Source: Candidatus Aenigmatarchaeota archaeon
GTDB lineage: Archaea; Aenigmatarchaeota; Aenigmatarchaeia; PWEA01
Direction of reading: 5' to 3'
Assembly: GCA_046539325.1 (NCBI GenBank)
Contig: JBKHHD010000002.1
Location: 53,425-117,424 of the forward strand
DNA: 64,000 nucleotides
In this document: positions 1 through 12,437 of the stretch, in pieces
Layout of the letters: each line of letters begins with the position of its first letter
Numbering within the stretch: the stretch's first letter is position 1
Position numbers and translations under genes: made by a program
The notes under the pieces: generated by a model
What the model was told of the DNA's origin: nothing
Databases searched by the model: none
Seen by the model: only the letters and a program-made list of their open reading frames with translations

Positions 1-678
1 GACATCGGACTTGGCAAGGAGGAAAGTGAGAGGATAGAGGAGCTCACCTCTATCAGCGGGCCGATTGGACAGAAGCTGGGGGAGGTAGAAGAGCTTGTAT
101 CAGAGGATAACAAAGCTCTGGAGAGGATGATGGAGCTGAAGGAAATTCTCAAGAGCTACGGTGTTCTTGACAAGGTAAAGCTGGACATGTCGATAGTCCG
201 CGGCTTGGACTACTACACAGGCCTCGTGTTCGAAGTTTTTGATAAGAAAGGTGAGCTGCGCGCTATATGCGGCGGTGGTAGGTACGACGAGCTTGTTGAG
301 CTTTTCGGCGGTGAAAGTGTTCCTGCAGTTGGCTTCGCGATAGGGGACGCGGTTATCGAGGAGCTTATGAGAAGAGAAGATGTTTGGCCTGAGGAAGAGC
401 TAGAAACGGACGTGTACGTGCTTCCTGTATCTGATGAAATCCGCGAGGAAGCTACGGACATTGTCAGAAAGTTGAGGGACGAAGAGCTGATTGTTGAAAC
501 CGACCTCAAGAACAGGAACGTTTCGGCGCAGCTGAACTACGCTAATTCGATAGGCGCAGACAAGGTAATTATAGTTGGTGAAAGGGACCTGAAAGAAGGT
601 AAGGTAACAGTAAAAGACATGGAGTCGGGAGACGAAAAACTAATAAGTTTGGAGGAAGTAGTTGAGAAAGTCAAATAA
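1..678 (+). CDS. hisS: Histidyl-tRNA synthetase, C-terminal part (5' truncated)
   Basis: Frame open from base 1; RGLDYYTG and GGGRYD motifs, class II anticodon-binding domain. Confidence 0.95.
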   Translation, partial: DIGLGKEESERIEELTSISGPIGQKLGEVEELVSEDNKALERMMELKEILKSYGVLDKVKLDMSIVRGLDYYTGLVFEVFDKKGELRAICGGGRYDELVELFGGESVPAVGFAIGDAVIEELMRREDVWPEEELETDVYVLPVSDEIREEATDIVRKLRDEELIVETDLKNRNVSAQLNYANSIGADKVIIVGERDLKEGKVTVKDMESGDEKLISLEEVVEKVK

Positions 679-683
679 CGTGT

Positions 684-757
684 GGCCGGGATGGTGTAGC
701 GGTTTAGCACGAGGGCCTGTGGAGCCCTTAGCCCGGGTTCGAATCTCGGTCCCGGCC
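684..757 (+). tRNA. tRNA-His(GTG), intronless, encoded G-1
   Basis: GCCGGGA/TCCCGGC acceptor, AGGGC-CT-GTG-GA-GCCCT anticodon arm, TTCGAAT T-loop, C discriminator. Confidence 0.95.
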
Positions 758-769
758 CTTTTTCTTGAC

Positions 770-838
770 CTTTAAATAGTTCCAATGTTAATCTAGAGCT
801 GCGCGGTTTTTGGTGGGGTTGCCGTAAGATATTTAAAC
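770..838 (+). promoter_or_regulatory. TATA boxes upstream of rRNA operon
   Basis: CTTTAAATA (~770) and ATTTAAAC (~831) precede the structured leader. Confidence 0.5.
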
Positions 839-2481
839 CTCACTCTGAATTACTTTACGCTGTTAAGGCGTGCCGGCGTAGTTGAGCCTTGGACGTTCTG
901 ACGTCCAGCGATGACCAAAATTCCAGGCACGAACAAATGATGAGGAAGGGAGTTCAATCTCTTCTGATGTAGGAAACCCGAGAATGAAACCGAGAGGTTT
1001 CAGTAGCCAAATGTAGTTGGTGTGACGCGAGGACTAGTTTACTCTCTTACCAATTCCGGTTGATCCTGCCGGAGGCTACCGCTATCGGGATTCGATTTAG
1101 CCATGCGAGCCGAGGGTGGTTTATCCGCCCGGCGGACTGCTCAGTAACACGTAGTCAACCTCCCCTCAGGACGAGTATAACCCCGGGAAACTGGGACTAA
1201 TACTCGATAGGAAAGGGATACTGGAATGTTCCCTTTCTGAAATGTTCCGACGCCTGAGGATGGGACTGCGGTGGATTAGGTCGTTGGGGGTGTAACGGAC
1301 CTCCAAGCCTATAATCCATACGGGCGTTGAGAGACGGAGCCCGGAGACGGACTCTGAGACACGAGTCCGGGCCCTACGGGGCGCAGCAGGCACGAAACTT
1401 TTACAATGCGTGAAAGCGCGATAAAGGGATCCCGAGCGCCTTGGCATTGCCAAGGCTTTTTTGGAGTGTAAAAAGCTCCACGAATAAGGGGTGGGAAAAA
1501 CGGGTGCCAGCCGCCGCGGTAATACCCGTGCCCCAAGTGGTGACCACGATTATTGGGCCTAAAGCGTCCGTAGCCGGCCGGATGGGTCCTCAGTGAAATC
1601 CTGCGCTAAAACGTAGGACTTGCCGGGGAAACTATTCGGCTTGGGACCGGGAGAGGTCGGGGCTATTCCTGGGGTAGCGGTAAAATGCTGTAATCCCAGG
1701 AAGAGCGCCTGTGGCGAAAGCGCCCGGCTGGAACGGCTCCGACGGTGAGGGACGAAAGCCAGGGTAGCGAAGGGGATTAGATACCCCCGTAGTCCAGGCC
1801 GTTAACGATGCCCGTTTGGTGTAGCATCTCCTACGTGGAGGCGCTGTGCCGTAGCGTAGGTGTTAAGCGGGCCGCCTGGGGAGTACGTCCGCAAGGATGA
1901 AACTTAAGGGAATTGGCGGGGAAGCACCACAAGCGGTGGAGGCTGCGGTTTAATTGGATTCAACGCCAGGAACGTTACCAGCGCTGACAGCATGATGACG
2001 GTCCGCTTGAAGAGCGTACCTGAAGCGCTGAGAGGTGTTGCATGGCCATCGTCAGCTCGTACTGTGAAGCGTCCGGTTAAGTCCGGTAACGAGCAAGACC
2101 CACATCCCTAGTTGCTATCGTGTCCTTCGGGACGCGAGCACTCTAGGGAGACCGCCTCCGACAAGGGGGAGGAAGGTGTGGGCGACGGTAGGTCTGTATG
2201 GCCCGAATGCGCTGGGCTACACGCGGCCTACAATGGTCGGGGCAGCGGGTTGCGACTCCGAGAGGAGGAGCTAATCCCAAAACCCGGCCTTAGTTCGAAT
2301 CGAGGGCTGAAACCCGCCCTCGTGAAGCCGGAATCGCTAGTAAGCGAGGGTCACTATCTCTCGCTGAATACGTCCCTGCTTCTTACACACACCGCCCGTC
2401 AAGCCATCCGAGTGGAGCCTTGATGAGGCTTGGGAAATTTTCTCAGGTCTAATCAGGGCTCCGCAAGGAGGGCTAAGTCGT

Positions 2482-3295
2482 AAATTAATTGCGACCTCGG
2501 ACCGAAAGGTTCGAGAAAACCCGGCTGTATGCTGGAAACTCCACTCATACCAGGCTGCCGGAATTGTCCTAAGCTTTTTATCAAAAGCACGGGCAATGTA
2601 AGGTAGAGAGGTCTGGTCGTTGTGGACAATCAGCAGGGAAGCTCACTACTCTGACCTGAAAAGGTGAGGTATAGCCCCTCAGAGACTGCACGCCGGCCCC
2701 TAACGGAGCTGATTGGATGTCACAAAGCTACCTCAAGGGAATACTTCACGATGCCACGGAAAGGAAGTACACCTACCGAATTTCACAAAAGAACAAAGAT
2801 TTCATTGAAAAGCTGGCCGAAATGATTCGAGATCTGGGCAAAAAAGCCTGGATTTAAGAAGAAGGCAACCGAGGAATATACGTAGTGGAATTTAGTAAGA
2901 GTGGTCTCAAAAAGCAAGAAATCGAAACAAGACAAGAAAAAAGAGACTATATCCGTGGCTACTTCGACGCTGAAGGAAGCGTTCCAAGGAGTCCTGAAGT
3001 GCGACCTTACATTTACTTCGCACAACAGGACAAAAAAGACCTAAAGAAAGTGAAGAAATTCATTGAGGAGTTTTAAATTGAAACAGGCAAACTCCACAGA
3101 CCCAGTAAGGAGTCTGATCCAGATTACTGGAGATTTTACATCTCCACAAAGGATCACAAAAAATTTGCCAGAGAAATAGGCTCTTGGCATCCAAAGAAAA
3201 ATCAGCTGCTGAGGGAGATGAGACAGTCCACGCCTCGATGCGAGTCGGGGTGACACTTTCAAAGTGTCCGAACACCATTATGGTGTGAGCATGTG
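2482..3295 (+). mobile_element. Group I intron in 16S rRNA at E. coli position 1498 (814 nt)
   Basis: Splits AAGTCGT|AACAAGG; P1 GTCGT/GCGAC with U-G wobble; terminal G; P3 CCGGC/GCCGG, P4 TGCTG/CAGCA, P7 GACTG/CAGTC. Confidence 0.93.
2717..3253 (+). pseudogene. Decayed LAGLIDADG homing endonuclease in intron P8 loop
   Basis: One frame with YLKGILHDAT and YIRGYFDAEGS motifs, broken by TAA at 2855 and 3074. Confidence 0.85.
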
Positions 3296-3336
<41 letters not shown>

Positions 3337-3385
3337 AATTCATACCAACTACAGGCTAAAATTTCGGGTTTCCTAAAGAACATAC

Positions 3386-3594
3386 GGGCCCGTGGTCTAA
3401 TGGCAATGCAGAACCGTGTTCCGATTTACGGTTTGCACCGGAATGACGTCGCCCTTGCAAGGCGAAGACTGTGGGTTCAAAAGAGACCACTTTGGAATGA
3501 AAACACTTTACTGAAAACGGAGTTTTCGTAAAGATCCAAGCTTCGTTTGAAATATTTTCCAAAGGGTTTTCTGGAATTCCCACCGGGTCCACCA
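3386..3594 (+). tRNA. tRNA-Ala(TGC) in ITS with D-loop (~3406-3443) and T-loop (3482-3577) introns, CCA encoded
   Basis: GGGCCCG/CGGGTCC acceptor, TCGCC-CT-TGC-AA-GGCGA; BHB at T-loop restores TTCAAAT. Confidence 0.9.
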
Positions 3595-3786
3595 GTACTG
3601 TTCGCGATTTTAGAAAGTTTTAAATAACTTCACTGTTACAGGACTTTTGAACCTGATACAGGCCTGATAAGATGACTGGAAAGTAAGACTTGAAGGATTA
3701 GTTGCTTACTTCAGTCTGTTCTTTTTCGTTTTGTTGTATAGTTTTAATGTGCAGCTCTCTACCGCAGGTAGAGGGTGAAGAGTGAT

Positions 3787-3866
3787 AAGGGACGATGAAT
3801 TGAGTTTTGTGAACACCCTTTGATCCCGAGAGGGAGATGATAGTAAGACGATCACAAGAGTCCCTT
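3787..3866 (+). ncRNA. Box C/D guide RNA in the 16S-23S ITS (predicted targets 23S U2552 and U1920)
   Basis: Terminal stem AAGGGAC/GTCCCTT, two K-turn motifs, 10- and 11-nt perfect complements to 23S obeying the D+5 rule. Confidence 0.85.
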
Positions 3867-3967
3867 GGATGAGCTGTTATACGTCAAGTCTTGGAAACTT
3901 ATGTTTCCAGTTTGAAATCCGAGAGGATTTCAAGACCCACCAGCCAACTAGGCTGGAATGGGTCTAT

Positions 3968-6922
<2,955 letters not shown>

Positions 6923-7067
6923 CCATGGACGCATTCCAGCCTGGGCTAAAGGTGGATCTTGAAATCAAGGAACACAAACTTAGAAACAGAGGTTTCCAAG
7001 ACTTGGCGTATAGCAGCTGAAGCTCTTTTCTCATAAGATTTAAATTGTTAGAATCAAATGTTCCTAC

Positions 7068-7523
7068 TGTGGTGAGCTGGAGAGGGACCACCGGGATAGT
7101 TTGGATGAGGTTGTTTTCCTTCACAGGAAACACCCTTGTATTCCCGGAGGAAGCTCCTCCCACCCGTTGTGCTGTAAAAGTGCAACGAGGCCCAGGCTCG
7201 CAAGAGTCCGTCCTGAGAGGGAACGGAACAGGGAACAGAAACGATACCCCCGCGCTGGAGCGTTGAAAGCTGAGAAGGCACGGAGGGATGGAACGTACCC
7301 TGATCTGGGTGGTGCAAGACCAAATAGGCTCCGGGAAATGGATGTGCCTTGCACGTCGGTCTCTTGGAGCGGGTAGGTCGCTATTTGGAGTCCGTGAGGG
7401 CTTCAAACTTGGAAGCATCTGCTTCCGAGAAGATGAATGTCCCGAAGACCTGACATGGACGCGGACTTCGTCCACGTCGTTTTTGGGTCCGAACAGAAGG
7501 AGGGCTACTCCCAGCACACCACA
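7068..7523 (+). ncRNA. rnpB: RNase P RNA
   Basis: P4 halves GAGGAAGCTCCTCCCAC and AACAGAAGGAGGGCTAC, AGAAAC and GGTGCAAG motifs, terminal pairing TGTGGTG/CACCACA, TATA at ~7039. Confidence 0.9.
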
Positions 7524-7549
7524 CTATTTTCTCGCTTGGATTTTAGGCA

Positions 7550-7931
7550 CTACAGAACTTTACGCTTTATTCTTCTGTAATATCTGAGGAACAAACCTAT
7601 AATAATCGAAAAGGCAGTAAATATCAGAAAGTAATAAGGTGGAAACAGCTCTTCGGGTGGGGCTGTTGGAGCTGGTCTTGTTTCGAGACCCAAAGTAAGT
7701 TGAAATAAGAGAATAGTGACGAATATAGTTAACAAAATCAAGGCCTTTCTCTGCATCTTGTCGTAACCTGTAAATATAATATAAATTACTAAGACAAGAC
7801 CAGCAAGTGGTAGTATGAGAGTAGAAGTAAAGCCGACAACAGGTCTAAGGGTTGAAGCTATGAAACCAAGTAAAAATAAAAAATCCGAAAACTAAGAAGG
7901 ATTTTCCGGCTTTCTCTGTAAAGTTTCTCAT
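7550..7931 (-). pseudogene. Small membrane protein gene, apparently frameshifted
   Basis: ATG at 7931 is out of frame with a hydrophobic frame that runs into ORF 7550-7756; shift near the A-run at 7872-7883. Confidence 0.5.
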
Positions 7932-8114
7932 AATTATGTTTCAGTGTTTCTATTTAATTAATTTATTAAGGCACTACACTTCCTTAATCTCTATATTCCA
8001 CTCATCTTTAAGCTTACATACAGGTTATCTTCTGTCCTTCCACCCTCCTCAAATAAATACCTAAAATCTCATTGGTTGGTATTTCGCCGGCTTCACATGA
8101 CACTCATAACCAGG

Positions 8115-8366
8115 TTATTCATTCATTCTAATTACTCTTTTTCTACTTGTTGAATACCTCTTGAACCCTGCATAGAGTAAGTTGGCAAGTCCCACTGTCC
8201 ACCATCCCAAGAATAGGAATATCAAGAAGTGTGCTAATCCACTGCCATAAGAATATCTCTCCATCACTACTTTATGGTGAGCATCGGTCTTCACTTTCCA
8301 ACCCTCTTCTATTAGGTCATTCTTCTTGTTTTCTAACTCCTCCTTTGAGTCAACAGTCAGAGCCAT
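8115..8366 (-). CDS. Small membrane protein
   Basis: 83 aa, GAGGTGA SD, hydrophobic segment ending GWWTVGLANLLY. Confidence 0.75.
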   Translation of the reverse strand: MALTVDSKEELENKKNDLIEEGWKVKTDAHHKVVMERYSYGSGLAHFLIFLFLGWWTVGLANLLYAGFKRYSTSRKRVIRMNE

Positions 8367-8723
8367 TTATCTATCACCTCCCCCTTGACTTATCTATCAT
8401 ACTTGCATCTTTTACTAAAAAAGGTACTAAAGATATAAAAGATTAAGTTTCTTAAAATTCTTCTTCTGAACTAGGAAAGAACTAGAATATACGCCCAAAC
8501 CAATACCCATAGAAGAATAAAGGATTTCAAGGACTACAACTTTTAAATAGATTCGTTTGTAAAACTATAGTGGAAGGTAACACAGGCCAGTGATCTAGGC
8601 GGTGAGGTACTTCCAGAAGATTGCACTATTTTCTTTCATGGATTTTAGGCACTACAGGTAGAGCTGCGGTGTTGTCTTCGGGTACCCAATGACTTAAGTA
8701 TCTGTCTTCTTCAATACAAATCC

Positions 8724-9770
8724 ATGGAAAGTGAGAAGGAGTACATCAAGCCCGATATTGTAACATCTTCTGTCAGGAATGTTGAGCCGCTTAAGGAGAA
8801 GGACAAGGTTCCAGTTCTGAAGAAGGATGGAAGTCCGGAGCCTGGAGACGTAGCCGTTGCGAAGGTTGTCGAGGAAGGCGGAAGCTACGACGAGGCAGAG
8901 CTGGAGGGCGGTGAAATGGTAAAGCTGGAAGAGGGTGATTTAATTGTGGGCGTCCTGGGCGTGAGAAAAGCTGTCCGTGGCTTTGCCTCAAGAATACCTG
9001 AAAAACTGGAAAGGGGGGATCCCATCGACTTCGTCTCGTCAGGAGGCGTGATGGCGGAATGTTTGAGCTCGCCTGAAGAGCTCGGTAAGCCCTACCGTCT
9101 GGAGTTCAGAGGCTTCGTTGCAAACGATACAGGTAAGGTAAATATATCCGAATACTCGATAGATCTTCAGGACAAACTAAAGGTGGACTGTCCTGTAGTC
9201 CTTGTTGCAAGCTCTAGAATGGACGCAGGTAAGACCACGTTATGTGCAGGGCTTATTGAAAAGTTCTCTGAAAGAGGTAAAAAGGTCGGAGCTGTAAAAC
9301 TCACAGGGGTTACAAGGCAGAGGGACAACCTCAGCATGAAAGAAGCCGGGGCCATCTGCTCCTACGAGTTTACGGACTGCGGGTTACCTTCTTCGACATG
9401 CAGTGCTGAAAAAGCTGTGAAGGCTAGCAAGGGGCTTATAAGCGAAGCTGCCGAAGGCGCGGACATCGTAGTCGCAGAGTTGGGTGCAGGTCTACTTTCC
9501 TCCTACAATGTTCTGGAAGTTTTGAAGGACGGAGAGATAAAGGAAGCATGTAGCAGCCTTATATTCATGTCCATAGATCCTGTGGGCGCCTACGGAGGCT
9601 TGAGAATACTTAAGGACCATAGCTACAGGCCTGATGTAATCTCCGGGCCCACTACTGATACGGATGCAGGAAGGGAAAACATACGGAGGTTTACTGAAGT
9701 ACCTGTCTTAAACGGGATACACGACATAGACAAAATATCCCAAATCATTTTCGAAAAGGTGTTTTCGTGA
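8724..9770 (+). CDS. DUF1611-like P-loop protein
   Basis: SSRMDAGKTT Walker A, KLTG and FTDCGLPS motifs. Confidence 0.7.
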   Translation: MESEKEYIKPDIVTSSVRNVEPLKEKDKVPVLKKDGSPEPGDVAVAKVVEEGGSYDEAELEGGEMVKLEEGDLIVGVLGVRKAVRGFASRIPEKLERGDPIDFVSSGGVMAECLSSPEELGKPYRLEFRGFVANDTGKVNISEYSIDLQDKLKVDCPVVLVASSRMDAGKTTLCAGLIEKFSERGKKVGAVKLTGVTRQRDNLSMKEAGAICSYEFTDCGLPSSTCSAEKAVKASKGLISEAAEGADIVVAELGAGLLSSYNVLEVLKDGEIKEACSSLIFMSIDPVGAYGGLRILKDHSYRPDVISGPTTDTDAGRENIRRFTEVPVLNGIHDIDKISQIIFEKVFS

Positions 9771-10720
9771 GAAAGGTCGCTGTTCTCTGGGATGAAAGGT
9801 ATATTTCTGAGGATGAAGTTCTCTTTGAAGACGAGAAGCTGAAGAAGACTATGGAATACTTCTGCAAACAAGGAGAAAGAAAAGGGCTGAAGGTCTACGT
9901 TTCGCACTTTTCTTCCTACGACAAAGGTAAGCTTGAACAGGCCTATACTTTTGATGGTCAGTGGAAAGAGGTAAAAAACATAGAGATAGATCTGGTCTTT
10001 GACAAGTTCTACTTCAACGAAGAGACGAAGGAGCTGAAGTACAGGATTGATGAAGAGGTAGGTATATTCAACCAGCCCGAGTTCGAGGAGTTCTGCAAGG
10101 ACAAGTTCAAAGTCTACTGCACCTTCGCTGGTTACGTGCCCAAGACTGTCAGGGCAAATAAAAACGACCTCGATAAACTTCTCGACGAGTTGATAACGGA
10201 AAATATAGTGGTGAAACCACGCTTCGGATCTGGAGGTGAGTCCGTTAAGATCGTGTCTAAGGACAAGGTTTCAAAAGCTCTGGAAGGCTTTGACGACGAA
10301 GAAATAAAGGAAGGTAATGTACTTCTACAGGAGTTCGTAGACTCCTCAAGAGGCATTCCATCCCTCGATGTAAACGGAGTCCATGATCTGCGAATTGTAC
10401 TTGTAGACGGAAAGCCCTCCTATTCCTTTGTAAGGACTCCTGAAAGGGGAAAAATAAGCAACGTGAGCAGAGGCGGAAACATGGAAACTGTTTCCCTGGA
10501 AAACATCCCTGAGAAAACAATGGACGTGGTAAAAGAAATCGACAAAGTGATGTCAGATTACGATGACCGGATTTACTCCATAGACTTCCTGTTCAGTGAA
10601 AGTGGGGAACCTTTCGTAGTGGAACTCAATTCAAAGCCCGGGATAAAGTTCAACGGAGAAGAAGTTACAAAGAGGAAGAAGAAGTTCATCCAGGATATAA
10701 TTCAAGCACTGAGTTCCTAG
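9767..10720 (+). CDS. ATP-grasp ligase (RimK/YheCD-like)
   Basis: KPRFGSGG, QEFVD, DLR, SNVSRGG, ELNSKPG. Confidence 0.85.
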   Translation: MRKVAVLWDERYISEDEVLFEDEKLKKTMEYFCKQGERKGLKVYVSHFSSYDKGKLEQAYTFDGQWKEVKNIEIDLVFDKFYFNEETKELKYRIDEEVGIFNQPEFEEFCKDKFKVYCTFAGYVPKTVRANKNDLDKLLDELITENIVVKPRFGSGGESVKIVSKDKVSKALEGFDDEEIKEGNVLLQEFVDSSRGIPSLDVNGVHDLRIVLVDGKPSYSFVRTPERGKISNVSRGGNMETVSLENIPEKTMDVVKEIDKVMSDYDDRIYSIDFLFSESGEPFVVELNSKPGIKFNGEEVTKRKKKFIQDIIQALSS

Positions 10721-11601
10721 ACCTCCTGGGCGGAAAGGGCCTTCTGTTTAACGAAGGTTACCATCTCCTCGGGTATATCGACACCCACCACTTCCGAAGT
10801 CTCCTCAGTTATTCCAGGAGAAGCGTTTATCTCAACTATAAAGCCTTCCTCGTCGGAGCTTATTATATCAACGCCGCAGATATCAAAGCCCGTGAGCTTT
10901 GAGGCCTTTACTGCCATCTCCCTCATCCACTCTGGTGCATCGAACTCCTCGCGGTTACCGCCTCTGGAGATGTTAGAACGCCACTCTTTCTCCAAGCCTA
11001 TCCTCTTGTAGGAGTAGGTTTCTTCTCCTATCACCAAGATCCTTATATCTTCGCCGGGGTTCTCTATAAAGTCCTGTAAGCATATATCCTGTTCAAACAC
11101 CTCCAATGTATCGATTATAGGGCGAAGCTCTGATTCGTCCTTGGCTCTCATTATTCCCTTTCCACCGTAGCCGGAAATGAGCTTTATAGTTACAGGATAG
11201 CCTATGTCCTTCGCGGCATCGGTCGCTGCCTCAGTGGAAAGCGTATATATGGACCTCGGAACCTTCACCTCGCTTCCACTGAGCTCTTTGACCGTGGAGA
11301 ACTTGTTCGAGGATATTGAAAAGGAATCAGAATCCATGTGTACGTAGGAGTCCGATTCGTTGAGTATCTCTATTAACTGCTCCGAAAACAGAAGGTCCTC
11401 CCCCGAAAGCCTTGGAAAGACAACATCAAAGTCTGTGAGTTCCGTGTTTTTGTACATAACCCTTGGACTTCCATCGAATCTATATTCGTACCTCACACCT
11501 TCTATCGGAACTGCAAGCACGCTTTCAAAGTACTCCTCTGCCTTCTCGATGATGTAAGGATGCTGCTCAAGGAACGGAGTATATATTATTGCAAACTTCA
11601 T
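10717..11601 (-). CDS. RimK/LysX-family ATP-grasp ligase
   Basis: GYGGKG, DIR, WRSNISRGG, GVD, EINASPG all intact. Confidence 0.9.
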   Translation of the reverse strand: MKFAIIYTPFLEQHPYIIEKAEEYFESVLAVPIEGVRYEYRFDGSPRVMYKNTELTDFDVVFPRLSGEDLLFSEQLIEILNESDSYVHMDSDSFSISSNKFSTVKELSGSEVKVPRSIYTLSTEAATDAAKDIGYPVTIKLISGYGGKGIMRAKDESELRPIIDTLEVFEQDICLQDFIENPGEDIRILVIGEETYSYKRIGLEKEWRSNISRGGNREEFDAPEWMREMAVKASKLTGFDICGVDIISSDEEGFIVEINASPGITEETSEVVGVDIPEEMVTFVKQKALSAQEV

Positions 11602-12437
11602 CTTTCCTCACCTTCTCCTTCAGGCTTTAACATATCAGCTATCTTTTCGAAACTGTTCTTCCCTGAAACCTTCATGAACCTCTCCACATCAGGATTCATG
11701 TGCATATCAACAACCTTGGAATCAACCAGCCTTACCGAGCAGAACTGGGAGCCTATCGCTTCGGCAGCGTTTTCCACAATTTCAGCAACATCTGAGGGAG
11801 GTTTATGGTATTTCTCGCTGGAGCTATCCCTCTTTGGTGACTTTCTCCATGAGTCGCTGCTTATCTTCGTCGAAATGATGTCACCGTCTATGTAAAGACA
11901 GTCGTAAACTTCACCCTCAATGAACTCCTGAACAACCATATAGTTCTTTCCGTGCTCAAGGCTCTCGGAAAAGGCCTCTATGCTGTCTGGATCCTCTGTC
12001 TTCATTATATCCTTCCTTTCAAAGCCCTCGAATTTCTTGCAGACAACATCACCGTCAAACTCCTTCTTGACACCGTTTATTGACTTTTCTGAAGACACGA
12101 CAAAGGTCTTCGGGACAGGTATATTCTTCTCAGTAAGCACTTTGAAGAGGTATGGCTTCTTCGCTATTATGTAGTAGGAAGTACCGTCCATAACCGTGTT
12201 TATATCCTTCTCCATTATACTTTCAAGAAATATTCTTGTGAAAGTCAGGGCCTTCGGAGTAGGTCTTATGAAAAGCGCATCGTAGTCCTCGACCCTTCTT
12301 CCACCGACGTAAGAAACAACTTCCTCCTGGTTCGCATCTATCTTTACGTCTTCTATAGAGTAGTTGTGAAGCTCCTCGAAGTAGTCCTCGAACTTCTCCC
12401 CCAACGACTGATCCTCAGTTATCGTCAATAAATTCAT
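11598..12437 (-). CDS. Degenerate RimK-like ATP-grasp protein
   Basis: IPVPKT, VQEFIEG and WRK retained; glycine loop and ExN motif lost. Confidence 0.75.
   Translation of the reverse strand: MNLLTITEDQSLGEKFEDYFEELHNYSIEDVKIDANQEEVVSYVGGRRVEDYDALFIRPTPKALTFTRIFLESIMEKDINTVMDGTSYYIIAKKPYLFKVLTEKNIPVPKTFVVSSEKSINGVKKEFDGDVVCKKFEGFERKDIMKTEDPDSIEAFSESLEHGKNYMVVQEFIEGEVYDCLYIDGDIISTKISSDSWRKSPKRDSSSEKYHKPPSDVAEIVENAAEAIGSQFCSVRLVDSKVVDMHMNPDVERFMKVSGKNSFEKIADMLKPEGEGEER

Larger units (their letters stand above)
7522..8657. repeat. Imperfect 34-bp direct repeat (7522-7555, 8624-8657) around an AT-rich segment
   Basis: CACTATTTTCT-N4-TGGATTTTAGGCACTACAG, 30/34 identical. Confidence 0.8.

Noticed and set aside
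3644-3680. CTTTTGAACCTGA complementary to tRNA T-loops, a possible Cm56 guide
   Set aside because: D+5 falls on position 57, and there is no convincing C box or terminal stem
7970-8100. Minus-strand TNEILGIYL fragment resembling an IS6 transposase
   Set aside because: Too short and interrupted to support without a search
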